DNA of 64,000 nt from Azolla caroliniana (GCA_043228905.1 JBHGNT010000001.1:28334001-28398000), one strand, 5' to 3'; shown: positions 10,871-25,600, numbered from the stretch's first letter. The notes: generated from the letters alone by a model not told the origin. Numbers and translations are program-made.

Positions 10871-13800
10871 ACATCATAGAATTATTCTCTCAAATAGGTG
10901 TTAGGATGGTTGTAGTTTGTAGAAACCCTTCTCTTGCATATGACCGTATGTGCTTCTTGCATAGATACTTTATAGACAAAAATTAACTCATAACATAAAA
11001 ATAAACAAGAAGTGAATGGTCATAGTGATCAAATGAGATCAAAACCACAAAGAACTCATGTGAGATCAAACCACATGTCACACTTTATAGCAATCAAGTG
11101 AGATGAAAACCACAACAAACTTTTACAACATATGAGTTAGAAACATTCAAAACCAAATTTTCATAAGACAACAAAGTTGGAGTTGATTAAGGTATGAGAT
11201 GTTATGTTTGATACTAAATAACAAGTAATGGCATTCTAAATAGCTAGGAAGAGATTTTGTATTCCCATAAACTATAGATATATTTGGTCTAGGATACAAG
11301 GAGCGACAACGTTACGATACCTAATTCAAGAACCCCATGGCACTACTCCAGAGATTGATTGGACATAAAATCAGTCACAAACACGAGCAGATGGCGAAGA
11401 AGATTATGAGGTTGCGGAGAATTCCAAAGACCATACCATAGTGATAAAGCGTATTAGGCATGGGTTGGCGTTCCTATATTTCATTCAAAGTTAAGGTGTT
11501 TCTTTTGAGGGTTATGTATTGTGTCACTCGAACTTGTCTAGAGTCACAATACGCCTAAACATACATATCTACAATGTGGGCTTCCATAACTAGAAGTGTA
11601 AGGCCATAGTCACAAGTTCAAACAGTTTTTCACTAGTTGACATAACATGGGTTATGGCATATTTGGTGTGTATATAAAATGACTTTGTCTTTTATGCCCA
11701 AACTAGGGTGCATAGACATATCCAAAAGTTGAAAAGTAGGTTGCTCTAGCAGTTACGATTGTTGGAAACTTCAATATTGTTATCACTTGAGGAGGTTCAA
11801 ATGTGTTCTAGGTAAGACATCATATTCACCAATTATGTTGGCCGATAAATAATATGGTTCTGCATGTCCGAGGGGATATTCTATCATCCTTGATAGTCCA
11901 TTGAGAATAATACAACACCATTTATGAAAAAAAAATTCAAAAACATTGTCCATAAATTTGTTAACCAATGTCATGACAAACCTGACAAACATAATGGGAT
12001 GATTGGAGTAAAAGATATAATTTCCCATAGTGTCCAGTGTCCACTTATCTGGATACAAAAATACATATATGACTTCTTGTTACACATTTACCTCATCATG
12101 CTCGTCAATTTCACTGTGTATAAACGTCATACTTTGAGGCATGAATGCTTAACTTTTAACCTCTAAAGAGCATTAAAGGAGAAAACTTGAATCCAAATTA
12201 TGGTTGTGGAGAATGCGTTTTCAAGGATCCAAAATTTTGTTCTATGGTCTTTTAGATGATAAAAAAACTAATTGTTGACCTTTTGAATGGGCCAAAATCG
12301 AAGACTTTTGAAAGTTGGCTAGGATGAAATGCTAGGGCAAATTCATGCATGCATTGTCAGAGAGGTTTTTGGATGCAAGAGATATGATGTTTGCCTTCAG
12401 GGGGGATGAATGTGAGATGATGGAAAACAAGAGAATTAAAGATGTAGCATCAATAAATTTTCAAAACTGTTGTGAATAGGGCAGATGCATTTATAAATGG
12501 TTTGATCACAATAATATGTGCGTTGAATCAGTAAAAGTTAACTTGTAGTAGTAATAATGAACGTAGGTCACTAGATTTTAAAGGCGGAAATAGAATGTTG
12601 TATTTTGAAGAAGCCTTGTTTTTACCAGGAAACAATAAAAAGTAAATTTAAGATGTCCTCGAACATTCCATTTGCAAGCCTCTAGACCATCATCACCTCA
12701 TTCATTATTGGTTCATTCTCATGCCCTTGTCTACCAACATGTACATTCCTTGTTTCATATTTAGTTGCATTCCAACTATAAATTCATCATATATATTTTG
12801 TTCCCTCTCTCGCATCTTTCTCACGTATGCATGTATTTATGTAAACATTATTACATGCACACACATGAATATAGATTGTTACGTAAATAAAATTCCCTTG
12901 TCCTTGAGTAAAGAGGGCCAAATGGTTGGGAAGATTGAATACTAATATAATCATGGTCACAAACTCAACATGAAATCATGGCACAACTTTCATTTACTTT
13001 ACATATATGCCACATTCTCTCCCCACCACCTTATGCACACCTTACCTTGTAGAATAAGTGAGTGGAACCTTAGTATATGAGATTTTATCAAATCATTTTA
13101 CTTTGAATTTTTCTCAGACTAAAATAATCATATCGTGATAATGGTAGTGTAATGTGACACAACACAATGTATGAGAGCCCCACTTCCAAGTTCTAGACAT
13201 ACTTATCAAATTTCTTGTTTTTTTCCCGAATAACGCTACTTTGCTTTAGTTAGCAAAAAATTCTTGTTCATTTTATTAAGCCATCATCCGTGAATTTTTA
13301 TTGTGCATATTTTTTCCTCTCTCTTCAATTATCAAGCTTAGTCATGGCTAGTATTCAATGGTCATAATTTTTTGGGTGAAGTTCTTTTTTGTCTTCGGTT
13401 AACCATGTTATCATCTTATTTCAAAACCTTGAAATCCAAGGCTTTATTGTGAAGTATGGTTTATAAATAAAAAGTCTAAAACTTGAATTGACACTAGAAA
13501 TATTAATTCACAATCGTTAAAACATTCGGAGATGCATTTGATCTTCGCGTGCCTTCTATCCATCTTAAAAAGCATCCTTCGATGCACACTTCTCAAGAGA
13601 TGTGCCCTGCAATTGGTTGGTATTCATGTGTCAAATCTTTCTGCAGTTTCTTTTCCATATCTATCACCACACACTTCAACATACACACAAATCGATAATC
13701 CCCAGAATTCATGTCCTCTTAGATTAAATAAATCTCTTGCTCACTCGGGGATACGACCATAAAGTAAATATATATTTCTCAAATGTCTCAAATCCCCAAG

Positions 13801-15295
13801 CATATTCTTTTGTCTATTACAATATGGAAATTAGTTTTTGAACATTATAATTTATAAATCATTACATTTGCCTATAATGTTTGCAGTTGAGCGTTATCAA
13901 AATGCTTCAAGCAATCTATTTGCATTTTGTCAAACATTGTGAGATGTTTCCATGGAACTGCAACATCATTCAAATGGCTTTTTTTTGCAAGGTTTAAGAA
14001 AACTATGTGATATGTTCTTCATCTTGTTCCCATTTGGAAAATTGGAGTTGGCTAGTGGCTCTCCATATATTAATTGAATTTTTGCATGTAAGGATGATGC
14101 ACACCATACAAATGTTCTGTATGCTATACTTGTTTGTGGTGACCAATTGCAACCTGTTGAGATATTCATTCTATTGAGTTATAGTTGCACACTAAATTGT
14201 TTTTTGTTAATTTTATGGGATCATTGATCTTTGTGAATTTGGCAACAAGTCTTAAATAGCATGGATAGAGTTCATTGTGGTTGGCACGCTCAAAAACTTT
14301 TCTATAGTGCTTTGGGATCAATTACTTTCACAAGTCCTTCCAAAAGGCGAAGTCATGTTTCTTTTGGTCTAATTGCGCCACACATACTCAAGCTGAAAAA
14401 AGAGTTTCATTGTATAATATGTCTTATTCCTCACTTGGGTTCTATCCACCTAATATGCCATTACAAACCTTACAAATCATTATACACATTCAATGACCTT
14501 TGTGATATGTGTACTTTAGATGTTTATGTAACATCTCATAGGAGTGAGGCTCCCCTTTTGGGCTCACATATTTGTGTATGCATGTTCTTTCCATGGACTT
14601 TTGGTAAGCCATATTGTGTTGTACATGGCAAGCTAGAGTGAGGTTAGCTACCTAGCCATGGGTTGTTGTTTGTACCTAATAAAAAGAAAACTTCTTTGCT
14701 AAAATATGTTACGAAACATCTCCAACATATTTTGCTAGTGATTTATCGATTAATACCGTGTGTGCATTGTGAAAATGCAAGCACCCCAATAAATATGTCA
14801 AAATATATGGTATATTTATATTATGTGTTGAGTTCTTACAACGGAAATCCACAATATAAGATACATGTAGGATTATGTTTAAAGTTAAGAATTAGGACGA
14901 TCTCAACATAGTCTTAATGAATATGCTAGGATACGTGTTTGCGTTAATGTATAAGTAAAATGAGCAAAGTTAGAAATGTAAGAATGAATGGGCAACTAGA
15001 ATTGGATAAAATCAAGCACAAGGGATGAATGTTTTTATTTTGTAGTCATAAACCAGGACAAAGAAAATGATAGTTGCACATTTGAAGCTTAATCTTTGAT
15101 GGAATATCTAAGTTGGATAGAGGAAAATACAAAGTGAGTGATATGTGTAGTGTCCTAATCAATAGATCTTTAAGAGATTTTTGTGAATCTATGAGGTGAA
15201 TGTCTTTGTTGGCATGGATTTTTTTAAGTTTCTCGAAGGACCTTTGTTTTCATCTAAGATGTAAAAAAGTTGGTATGCAACATGGCATGCTTTAG

Positions 15296-15440
15296 CCTTG
15301 GGCGAAAATTCTTCTTGTAATAAGTGACTAAATTCTCTTTTCAAATCCAGTTGGGTGCTTGCACGCTTCAGCCTTGGGAGAAAATTCTTCTTGTAATAAG
15401 TGACTACATTCTCATTCCAAATCTAGTTGGGCGCTTATTC
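15296..15440. repeat. ~75-bp direct duplication
   Basis: GCCTTGGG(C/A)GAAAATTCTTCTTGTAATAAGTGACTA occurs at ~15296 and ~15371. Confidence 0.8.
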
Positions 15441-15549
15441 TTTTCGGGAAAGGAAAAGAGGGGTGTTTTCCAATTATTGGTCAAACTCTCAACTTCTAAG
15501 CAAAGTTACCCTTGAAAAAAAGTAGCAAAGCTCTAAAAAAAGCCATATA

Positions 15550-15830
15550 TGATGGGAAAGTGAGAATTTTGCTTCTACCAAATATCCTTTACAATTGTTC
15601 TTGGCAAGCTTATATGGGTATGCCATTCTTTTTTGATTAATTTTGGTTTTTACTTTTCACAAAGGAACCCATGGCATTCAAAGTGTTTGGACCATCATGG
15701 AAAAGTGAGAATTTTGCTTCTGTGAAGTATCCTTTACAATTGTTCTTGGCAAGGTGCCATAGTTATGCCATTCTTTTATGGTGGGGTTCAATATTACTTT
15801 CCACAAAAGAGGGCATGGCATTCGAACTAT
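15550..15830. repeat. ~145-bp degenerate direct duplication
   Basis: AAAGTGAGAATTTTGCTTCT...TATCCTTTACAATTGTTCTTGGCAAG occurs at ~15557 and ~15702. Confidence 0.75.
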
Positions 15831-16993
15831 TTAGATTGTCAAAGGTTGGGGTGCAAGCACTAGATAAAAAATATTTGACAACTTAACCATGTCTCTTAAA
15901 TTTGCGTAATATTTGAAGTTCCCAATAGAAATGTGCATATTTAGGAATATGCGATTTGTCAATTTTTCTAGTGATAACGTAGCAAATTTGAGCTTGCATA
16001 GAGTTTATAAATCACAGAACTGAAGGCAAACTTATTTCAATGTAAACAATGGAGGGGACAACCTTGTTCATTTGCACACTCCTATAGTTCAAGTGTCGTC
16101 TATTTTTTTAAGTGATCTACGAAACTTGAGTCAAGCTAAACATATGTGTGATGGATGCATTTTGCAACAAGAATCTTTAAAAGTTAAGAAAGCAAAGATA
16201 TAGATGGTGGCAATGATGTTGGAGTTTTAACATCCTCAAATTGCCAAAGAGAAGGGAGGGAGGAGGGTGGTTGGTCGAGTGAGCAAGTGACATCTACAAG
16301 AGCTAAAATCCCCCGATAAGTCCAATAAGGAATCTAAATATAGGTAGCTTCAAAGTTATCCATACAAGGGAAAAAATAAAAAAATTAATGTTCCCTTCAC
16401 ATTCATATATATTGGTCTTAATGCATCAAATGGCTTTATGATCTGTAATGAGTCTTCGTATGGTTTTACAACATAAGACCATTAGTTATGGGATGGATGG
16501 TGGAGAGGGGACATGGTAGAGAGCAAAAATGATGCACATTGATTATATTGAGGTGTTATTGATTGTCTCAAATGTGGCAAGTAATGATCTCCATGATCAA
16601 GTGTCGGTATGGAAATATATCTTGTACCTAGGTACTCGACATTGCATTGCTTGCTCAATGGTGGCTCCTTGTTACATTGTTGATTTTAACTTTCAAAACG
16701 GGGCTTAAGATGATGACACATAAACTATCATATTTGAGAAGAATGTAGCTATGTGATATCAAGCTATATAATTATGCTTTGCATGCAAGAGGTATACATG
16801 AGATAGATAAGTTCTAATATTGTCCTTTGAGGCCAATTTGTCCTATTGAATCAACGTGAAATATTGCATGTAGCGTTTGTAGGATTAATTAGTAACTTTG
16901 AAAATTTAAATTAAATAAACATTGAGAGAGAGATTTATGGAATTGGGATGGGGCCAAGCCCATGGCAATGATAGAAAAATGGGTTCTCCTAGT

Positions 16994-17014
16994 TGTGTGT
17001 GTGTGTGAGTGAGT

Positions 17015-17082
<68 letters not shown>
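16994..17082. repeat. Compound (GT)n/(GAGT)n/(GA)n microsatellite
   Basis: Seen directly in the sequence. Confidence 0.95.
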
Positions 17083-17084
<2 letters not shown>

Positions 17085-17599
17085 TAGATTCATTCTATTA
17101 TCATCTTCGGAGGTCAAATATGACCTATGAGACCAAAAATATTACATTTCACGTGGTAGTGTGAAAGTGAGTAGTGACTCTCCATGTTCAAGAACTTTAC
17201 CAATAAATGTTGCAATCGAGAGTGCGCATTGTTGTTGTGGGAGAAATTTGTGCAAGGATTGGGCTCGGTCAAAGATATGTGGAAAGCATGGTCAAATATG
17301 ATAAAAGGCAGAGCATTGTATCAAAGTGTGATACTCAAACTCTCATCACTTGTTTAGGGCAAAGTGTGCATACCTGGCCACTCTCATCACTTGTGCCCCA
17401 ACACCCCACATTTGTCCCTTGTCATTATACATTGGCGTTGTAAAAATGCTTCATTTACAGAGGGATCTAGTGATGCATCATGAAGCAAGTGTCTTGCATC
17501 CCATCTACCAAACCATTTTTCTATATCTTGCATCCAACCGGAACACAAAAATTTGCTTTTATGCGTCTTTTGGATCTTTTTGCTTGCTTCCCATGCAAT

Positions 17600-18140
17600 T
17601 CTAGGAAGTCGATGTGAGGGATTTTTTTGAACCTAAGCATGTATTCAACAACCCTATCCATGGCCATGAAGCGTTCCCATCTCAAGGAGGAGGAGAGTGT
17701 AGGACGTTTGTTTCTTAACTTGTAGAAACTTTGTAAGAAAATGTTTTTGGACATTTTCAAACTCTTTCCATGTAGATTTAGGGATGCTACCACCCCATAC
17801 TTCCACCCCATAGAGAAGAACCGGTGTCACCAAAGTGTCGAAAAGATATTTCTTGAGGACCCAACACTTAATATCTCCAAGATTGCATGTGTTCTCAAAT
17901 GCATAGTATGCTCGCTTACCCACCTCTAAGCGGCGTGTAGCACATTCATTCCATCTATGATTGGAAGGAACTTCAAGGCCAATATATTTGAAGCTTTCCA
18001 TACATTCAAGTGGCTCATTGTTGTACATAATGCATGGTTTATCTCTTTTTTGGCTCTTCACAATCATAATCTTTGTTTTAGAGCTATTGACACTTAATTT
18101 AGTATACATGCAAAAAAATTCCAATGTCTTCATAAGCGTT
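17600..18140 (-). mobile_element. Non-LTR retrotransposon (LINE, RTE-like) reverse transcriptase C-terminal fragment
   Basis: ORF 17654-18133 contains LSVNSSKTKIM, ESFKYIG, LFDTLVTPVLLYGVEVWG and ENVQKHFL, typical of the LINE RT thumb region. It is truncated. Confidence 0.85.
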
Positions 18141-20572
18141 AGAGAGAGAGAGGCGAACTCAAAACTAAAAGAGCCTCAATCAATGCAATACAAGATAGTC
18201 TAGGAAGGATCAACAAGAACACCATAGATGATATGCGAACATTTGCAAATGGGGAGTAGGGGGATAATGTGTGGTTCAAGTAACAAACCATTACAAAAGC
18301 GGTTGGCTAAGTTCAAGGGTTGTCGATCAACATTATCTCCAATAGTAAGATGTTGCACTATAGATATCTTCTTGCCTTTAAAAAACTTTACTTACGTGGA
18401 GTTTCTCTTGAATTGGAGTGTGAGCACAAAAAGGGGGTGGAAAGGTGGGTAGAGCAACAACACAATATAGAGGAGTTATGTACCCATAAGCACACCAATT
18501 TACTTAAAAACTTTCTATAGAAAGCCAATTTCTATAGCCTCTCTTGCCCCGACACCAATATGTTAGATTTCTATATTCACATATTGCTTTCTTTTCATAG
18601 TTTTTATTATCCATTTCTCGAGTTTAACTCTAAGGTTAAGTAGTACGACAAGCCCTTGACATAAGTACTTTGCCTTAGATAATGACAGAATAGTATATTG
18701 TAGAATCCTTCAGTAAAATCAAAGTTGAAATACCTTACAATCTCAAACATTCTCATTTACACAAGCCAATATTGTTTTACAATGTGGAATGTGTGACTAT
18801 CGTGTTCTTAGATAATATTTGGTCCTTTGCAATGACTGAATTTGTCTCTTATTGTATTTTGCCAAACCGAATCATTAGGATGTCACAATGAGAGAAGCTT
18901 ACAACATAAATGTTTATATCTCGATGAATGTAGTGTTTACCCTTTATTGATATGTGCATGTGTGTGGTTAAAGATAAAGCAATTCACTACAATGTATATA
19001 TAGTAAGGTTGGTAGGATTTAGAATAGAAGAACTTGATAGCTTGAAACTCAAACATAATAAAGAAGAACAAAGGTATTTGTGTTCGTAATAATATATGAG
19101 AATATTATCTATACTTGTGAAGGTTGACGACTTGCATAAATCATGACACATTACACAACAAAGTTTAATGACAAAATGTCACCTTTCAACAAGCAATGGA
19201 GGTTCAAGATTCGACTAAATATTTCGTAGGAAAACATCCTTCAACCAAGACATTATCATAGCTTGAAGTACGGCATCGTTTTCTTGCATATACCCAAAGG
19301 TGCAATATTTATGGCTTTAAAGTAGATCTTACCGGTCTTTTGCATGAATCATAAATTTTATCCTATAAAGTTTAACCAAGTAGTTAAGATTCTAGCCATG
19401 AGTGTACACTAAATAATGTTGCCCAAGACCAGGAATCATTGCCAATTCATAGAATGCATTTACACCTCGAGATCTTTGGTAGAAGGCATAATCAAGTGAG
19501 CACCACGTTACTTTTGCTTCATGTCCTTATTCGGGCTCATTCAAAACAATCCAGTTATGCCCAGTTGGTTGCATTAATGACGTTAGGACCACAATTTCTC
19601 TTAAATTCACAATCTTGAATTGTCGAGTGTTGCAAGGACCACATCCTAGTTGACATGCTTGGTTAAGTTAAACTCACTTCTCGATCATGTTTTTCCAACT
19701 AGATTTGAGCAATGTTAAGGATCATATTTATTGGCAGAACCAACGATGCCATCCCTTTTATATCCCCCAACCAATGTTGGCATCGCCGAGGATCTAACTT
19801 CATTGAACCAATCGCCACAATAGGGGCGTCCTCCTTGACATTCCTTGCCTCTAACAAGAGTAGGTGGCACATTCATATGATAAAGTTAAAAATTTCATGA
19901 AAATCAATACAATGATTTGGTGGCTAATTTGAATGTGAGCATTAAATGTTGTCTCTTTACATAGCCTCTATTTTATGCATGTTGAAAGGGAATGGTCCCT
20001 AGCTTCATTCTCAACTCCATCAATCATCAACAAACACCTAGATGATCACTCCCTATACCATCACAAATTTCCTTTGGGTAAGAATGAAGAGTATCAATAC
20101 AATATCATTATTGCGAATTGAAGAGAAATCTAACCACATATGACATCTCTTTGCTCTACAACTCATGGTCAATCTTTGTAATGCCAACACGTACATGTTA
20201 AAAGAACCCATAAGTTGTTTTGGAAGATGCAAAAGATATATGAGAGGGCAATGGTTGGTCGAAAAAGTCACATGTTAGTGATCTTAAAGTAAAGACAATG
20301 ACTATCAACGTCGACGGCAAGGACAAGGACACCGTCGCTACCACGATAACATTAGTAATAACAAAGAGAATATAATATGTATATGTGAATAAGATAATCA
20401 GAGTTTTGTGGGTGGATGACTAGGTGGGGTGTAGATATGTGCATGTATGCAAGGGAAGGGGAGGGAAAGACATCGATAGATGCAAAAAGGTCATGAAGAG
20501 TTGGTGTTGTGTTCGAATGGGGGAGCCTCGTGGAAACTTGGGTCCTAAAACTATGTGTGGCATGGAAGAGGG

Positions 20573-20604
<32 letters not shown>

Positions 20605-21013
20605 ACAAACACACAGAGGATGGCCATGCTCAAGTTGGATGCGATTTTTTTTTTTTTTGGGGGGGGGGGGGGGAGGGGAGGGTCAAGCATGGGCCAACAA
20701 AAATAGTGACTCGTTCTATGTGCCTTGTTGCTTAGTGTGTGTGTCAAAAGGGAGAGAGAGAGAGAGAGAGAGAGAGAAGGATATCTATAACACCCCCTTC
20801 CCCTAATCTTTTTGGTCTCTCCTTTACCATAGCTAGTTTGCGATACCAGTAACCATACCACCATTACCACATTAACCCCTCGATCTTCTCTCTCGGACGC
20901 AATCCATGACCATTTGCCATACCTACTACTTGATCGTGTCTCGTTTCATTGCGAACGATACACCATACTAATCCCCCCCCCCCCCCCTCCCCCCAACTCC
21001 ATCGTCTCGTTGC

Positions 21014-21140
21014 AATCCATATACCCATACAAAAACCACCATACCTCTCTCAATCTTCTCATCGGAATCCATATACCCATAAAAAAACCACCATACCTCT
21101 CTCGATCTTCTCATCGGAATCCATATACCCATACCCATAC
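21014..21140. repeat. 52-bp minisatellite (~2.3 copies) in the microsatellite-rich upstream region of the HD-ZIP III gene
   Basis: AATCCATATACCCAT recurs at 21014, 21066 and 21118. Confidence 0.85.
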
Positions 21141-21224
21141 CATCGATCTTTTCTTCCTCTCTCATCCTTTTCGTATTGGAGTCCATACCATATCACAACC
21201 ATACACAAACACTCACACACACAC

Positions 21225-21282
<58 letters not shown>

Positions 21283-21526
21283 CTCTCTCTCTCCCCTTCA
21301 TTTAGTGTAGGATCGGTCCTTTACATCTGTTTCACTGAGAGACCCAAAAAAACAAATTAAATTAAATGTTCATCTTTTTCTTCATCTTCATCATCTTTAT
21401 CTTCATGTTCTCTCTCTTGTCTCTCTCTGTCTGTGTGCTCTCCTCCCCTGTTTCTGTCGCCTTGTTCTAGGACTGGATTATTATTGAATGAATGAATGGT
21501 TTCCTACAACATAGAAAAGAGCTCTC

Positions 21527-21573
<47 letters not shown>

Positions 21574-22603
21574 CTCTGTGTGTATGTGTGTGTGTCTTCT
21601 GTCTCTTCATAACAAACGGCCATTTACTACATAAGATTTCTGTGTATGTGACTGTGTGTGTTGTTTTATTGGGCGATGTGTAAGTAAAGTGAAAATATTT
21701 GTATACATACAGGGATTAATTTTATTACTAAAAGACCCATTTTCTCTGCTCTGTTTTTTTTTTTTTTTTCTCTCTTTCTTTCATTTTCTCTGCATCATCA
21801 GTACTGGTTCTCAGAGAGCCCCCCCCTCCCCTTCCCTCTGTTTCCCCTCTGTCCCTCTGTTTTTAGCATTTAATGGTGTGTAGTAAATAATTTCGGCTGT
21901 CTCGCCAATGAGTTTCCATAGCTGCTCTCTAACAAGCAAGCTCTGTGCGTAAAAAAAAGAAAGAAAAAAAAAAACACACAGACAGACTGACTGATAGAGA
22001 GAGTAAAGAAAATCTCATTTCTCTCTACACAGAAGCTTGTTTTACATAGAAAAAGAACATTCTCCCTTTTCTCAATTCTGAAGAAGAAGACGAAGAAGAC
22101 GAAGAAGAAGAGGCTTTTGGGTTTCATTTTCTGAGAAATTCTACTCTTATATATATATATATATACATATTTGCCTAGATATAGGTTCATCAAAGGGGGA
22201 AAGAGAGAACTCTACCACGCTAACACTGTGAGTCAATACAGAGAGAAAAAAATGCTGTTTTCTTGTCAATTCTGAACAGAAAAATTAAAGAGATTTTTTT
22301 TGAGTTACACTCGGAAAACATCATTCTGTTATACGTTTGTGTGGATATGGCTTCTATAAGCAACGTATTCGAGTACAAAAACACAGACAGAAGCAGAGGA
22401 AAAATAGAGAGATTATAGGAACCTTGGTTTTTTTGTCAATTCTGACGAGAATTAGAAAAACAAAAAAAACAGAAGAAAGTTAAAGAGGGAAAAAAGAAGC
22501 TCATTTTCTGGTCAAATTCTGCTGTGAAGAGCAATTCAAGGCAATATAGAGAAAACTAAGAAGAACAAAAGGATTGATCTTACGCTATATCTTATATGTG
22601 GAT

Positions 22604-25600
22604 ATGGGTTCTTCAAAGGCAAAAGAAGGGAAATCATGTGCAAGTAATGATAACTTGGATTGTGGGAAATATGCTCGCTACACACAAGAGCAAGTAGAGA
22701 TTCTAGAGCGTGTGTACAGCGACTGCCCAAAGCCAAGCTCCTCCCGGCGGCAACAACTCATCAGAGAATGCCCTATCCTGGCTAACATTGGCCATAAGCA
22801 ACTCAAAGTATGGTTTCAGAACAGAAGGTATGTGTGTGTATAAAATATATATACATACAACGCTCTTTATTATCTTACATTTGTTGTTTCTTTTAGTTTA
22901 ACTTCATGAATTTAACTTCTGCTCTAGTTTTTGCTTCCTTTTTCAAGTTAAAGCTGAATTTCCATTTTCCCATTCCTTCAACCTAACCTTCACAAGTTAG
23001 TTTTTCTCCTGTTAAGTTAATGCTGATTTCAATTATCACATTATTTTTAACTAACATATGACGGTTAAAATAATGACTCAAACAATATGTCTTTATAAGT
23101 TGTAGAGCTCTCTCAATGCTAAGGTTTTATAGAGGATGTGCATTTGAACCTTTGTGTGTTGTATCAAAAACCAATGCCGTACCACTTGGCTATACTCCAT
23201 ACAGTGGTGACCAGCTAATGGTTAATGGTAGTGACCTTTGGACTTGTAAAATTGAACACCTCTAAACAAAGCCTTCATAAAGAACATATGAATTAAAGTT
23301 ATTTTGTGTCATGCTAGCTAAAAATAGAAACCCATAGCCTTTGTAACTAACATAGAAGTAAATAAATGGCTTTTATATTACTCATCTTAATGGAGTTTTC
23401 AAAATTTTAGATTTAATTGCTAGACATGCCATGTCTCTATTGTAGATGTCGGGAAAAGCAAAGGAAAGAGACGAGTCGCCTTCAGAACTGGAACTCAAAG
23501 CTCAATGCAATGAATCAGCTCCTTCTGGAGGAGAATGAGAGGTTGCAAAAGCAAGCCACACAATTGAGCTCTGAGAATCAGTACCTCCGACAACAATTGC
23601 ATGTGCAACAACCTAACAACATTGATGCCAACCCTCACATCATTAACCCGGTAATAATCTATTGGGGGAAAAACTTCAAAATACCCCTCAAGTTTTTTTT
23701 TGTTATTTCCTTCAAATGCCTAGTGTTTCTGCTGTTTCCATAAGCGCCATTTGTCAACCGCCAAAAGAGAAGGGAATTAATCAATCATATAATTGCTCAA
23801 AAATAGTCTCTGTAAAGGGATGCATTCACCATATAAAATTGCTCGAATAGCACATCAAATGGAGAAGAAGGGGATTAGTTGATCATATAATTGCTCTTGC
23901 AGTGGTTGACTAAGGGCATCGGGAAATGGTGAAAACTTTGGGGCATCTCAGTGATTCTCCTTAAATCTATATTCCTTTCTCATTTGAAAAGTTTTTGGCA
24001 TGCCCTGTTTTGAGGATGAAAAATATCAGTTGTTTTTGAGCATTAATTGATCATATGGTTGCTCTTGCAATGGTTGACTGAAGGCATTGGAAAATAGCAA
24101 AAACTTGGGGACATTTCAGTGATTCTCCTTTATCTACTTTTCTTTCTCATTTGAAAGGTTTTTAGGCTGCCCTATTTTGAGGATGAAAGATATGTGTCTT
24201 TTTTTAGGATTAATTGATCATATGATTGCTCTTGCGACGATTGGCTGAAGGCATTGAAATATAGCAAAAACTTGGGGACATTTCAGTGGTTTTCCTTAAT
24301 CTACTTTTGTTTCTCACTTGAAGTGCCCTGTTTTGAGGATGAAAGATATCTCTCTTTTTTCATAAATAGCTAGACATTTTTGTAGAATTCCAAATGTTTT
24401 TATTTGTATTATAAATAATTGGACACATTTTTGTTGTCACTTGAAAGGAAATGGTTTTTGGACGTTATGGTATATGTTAATGCATAATTCACCAAAACTT
24501 AAATATGAGACAATGAGTTCATCACATTGAACAATACATGTACTCTACTGTGTTATTGAAATATTAACCATATTTGTGCATTAGGTAGTTGTGGGCGCTG
24601 TGACTGATACTAGCTCAGAGTCGGTGGTTACGAATGGGCAACATCAACACTCTCCTCAGCATCCTTCACAAGAGTGGAGTCTTTCCCAGTATGCATCAAT
24701 CCATTACTGAATTGTCTTTAAGAATTATGCATTAATGGTATGAGAGAGTGACCATTGAAATCAGGATGTTTTCTATGAGTGGTATAAGTGACCATCGAAA
24801 ATTAGGACATTTGTATTTTTTCTGTCCATTAATGTTTGAAGTGACCATTTGTTCTTCTGTGTATTATTATTATTTGGGCATTAATGTAAGGGTGACCATT
24901 GATCGAGGTTGTTCTTTCCTTTTGTTTTCGCCAATTTGTAGGCTGTCATTAATTGCGGAGAAGACCTTGGCGGAGTTCTTATCCAAGGCCACAAGCAGTG
25001 TGGTAGATGGGATCCCGTTGCCCGGGATGAAGGTGAGAAGACAAACTATGGTTTATATTACCTGGTCAAGTGTTGTAGGTTTGGATGAAGATAAAACGCC
25101 AAGATACTCTTTAAATCTGTTGAGAATTTCCTAGGATACCTTAAGTTTTAAAACTTCACCAGAATACCCCTATTTACACAAGCATTCACAACTGCAAAAG
25201 AAAATTCTTTGAAAAGTTTTGGAGGCTTAGGTGTATAATGGGAAGTATCCAAAAGGTTTGTGATATGTTGGTGTTCTGCCCATATTTTGTTGCTACTACC
25301 TTTGTCATGACGTACATTTGTTTTTGTTCAGCCTGGTCCGGATTCCATTGGAGCTTTTGCTCTGAGAAGGTTAACAGGAGTTGTGGCAGCACAAGCCTGC
25401 GCTCTCATCGACCTTGAAGCTTTTAAGGTGATTATTTTGCTGGGCGATTTTATAGTGTGTAAAGCACAATTCACAGGTTACTTGATGATTCTTAATGTGG
25501 TCATTACGCATTTTATTTCTAGGTTGCTGAGATAGTAAAGAACAGATCTTTGTGGCTTCAAGATTGTAGGAGGCAGGATATCTTAGCCAGCTTTACTGCA

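Noticed and set aside
20352-21360. ORFs rich in HT/VC/SL/RE dipeptides (also 34800-36770)
   Set aside because: These are translations of CA/CT microsatellites and low-complexity intron or promoter DNA.
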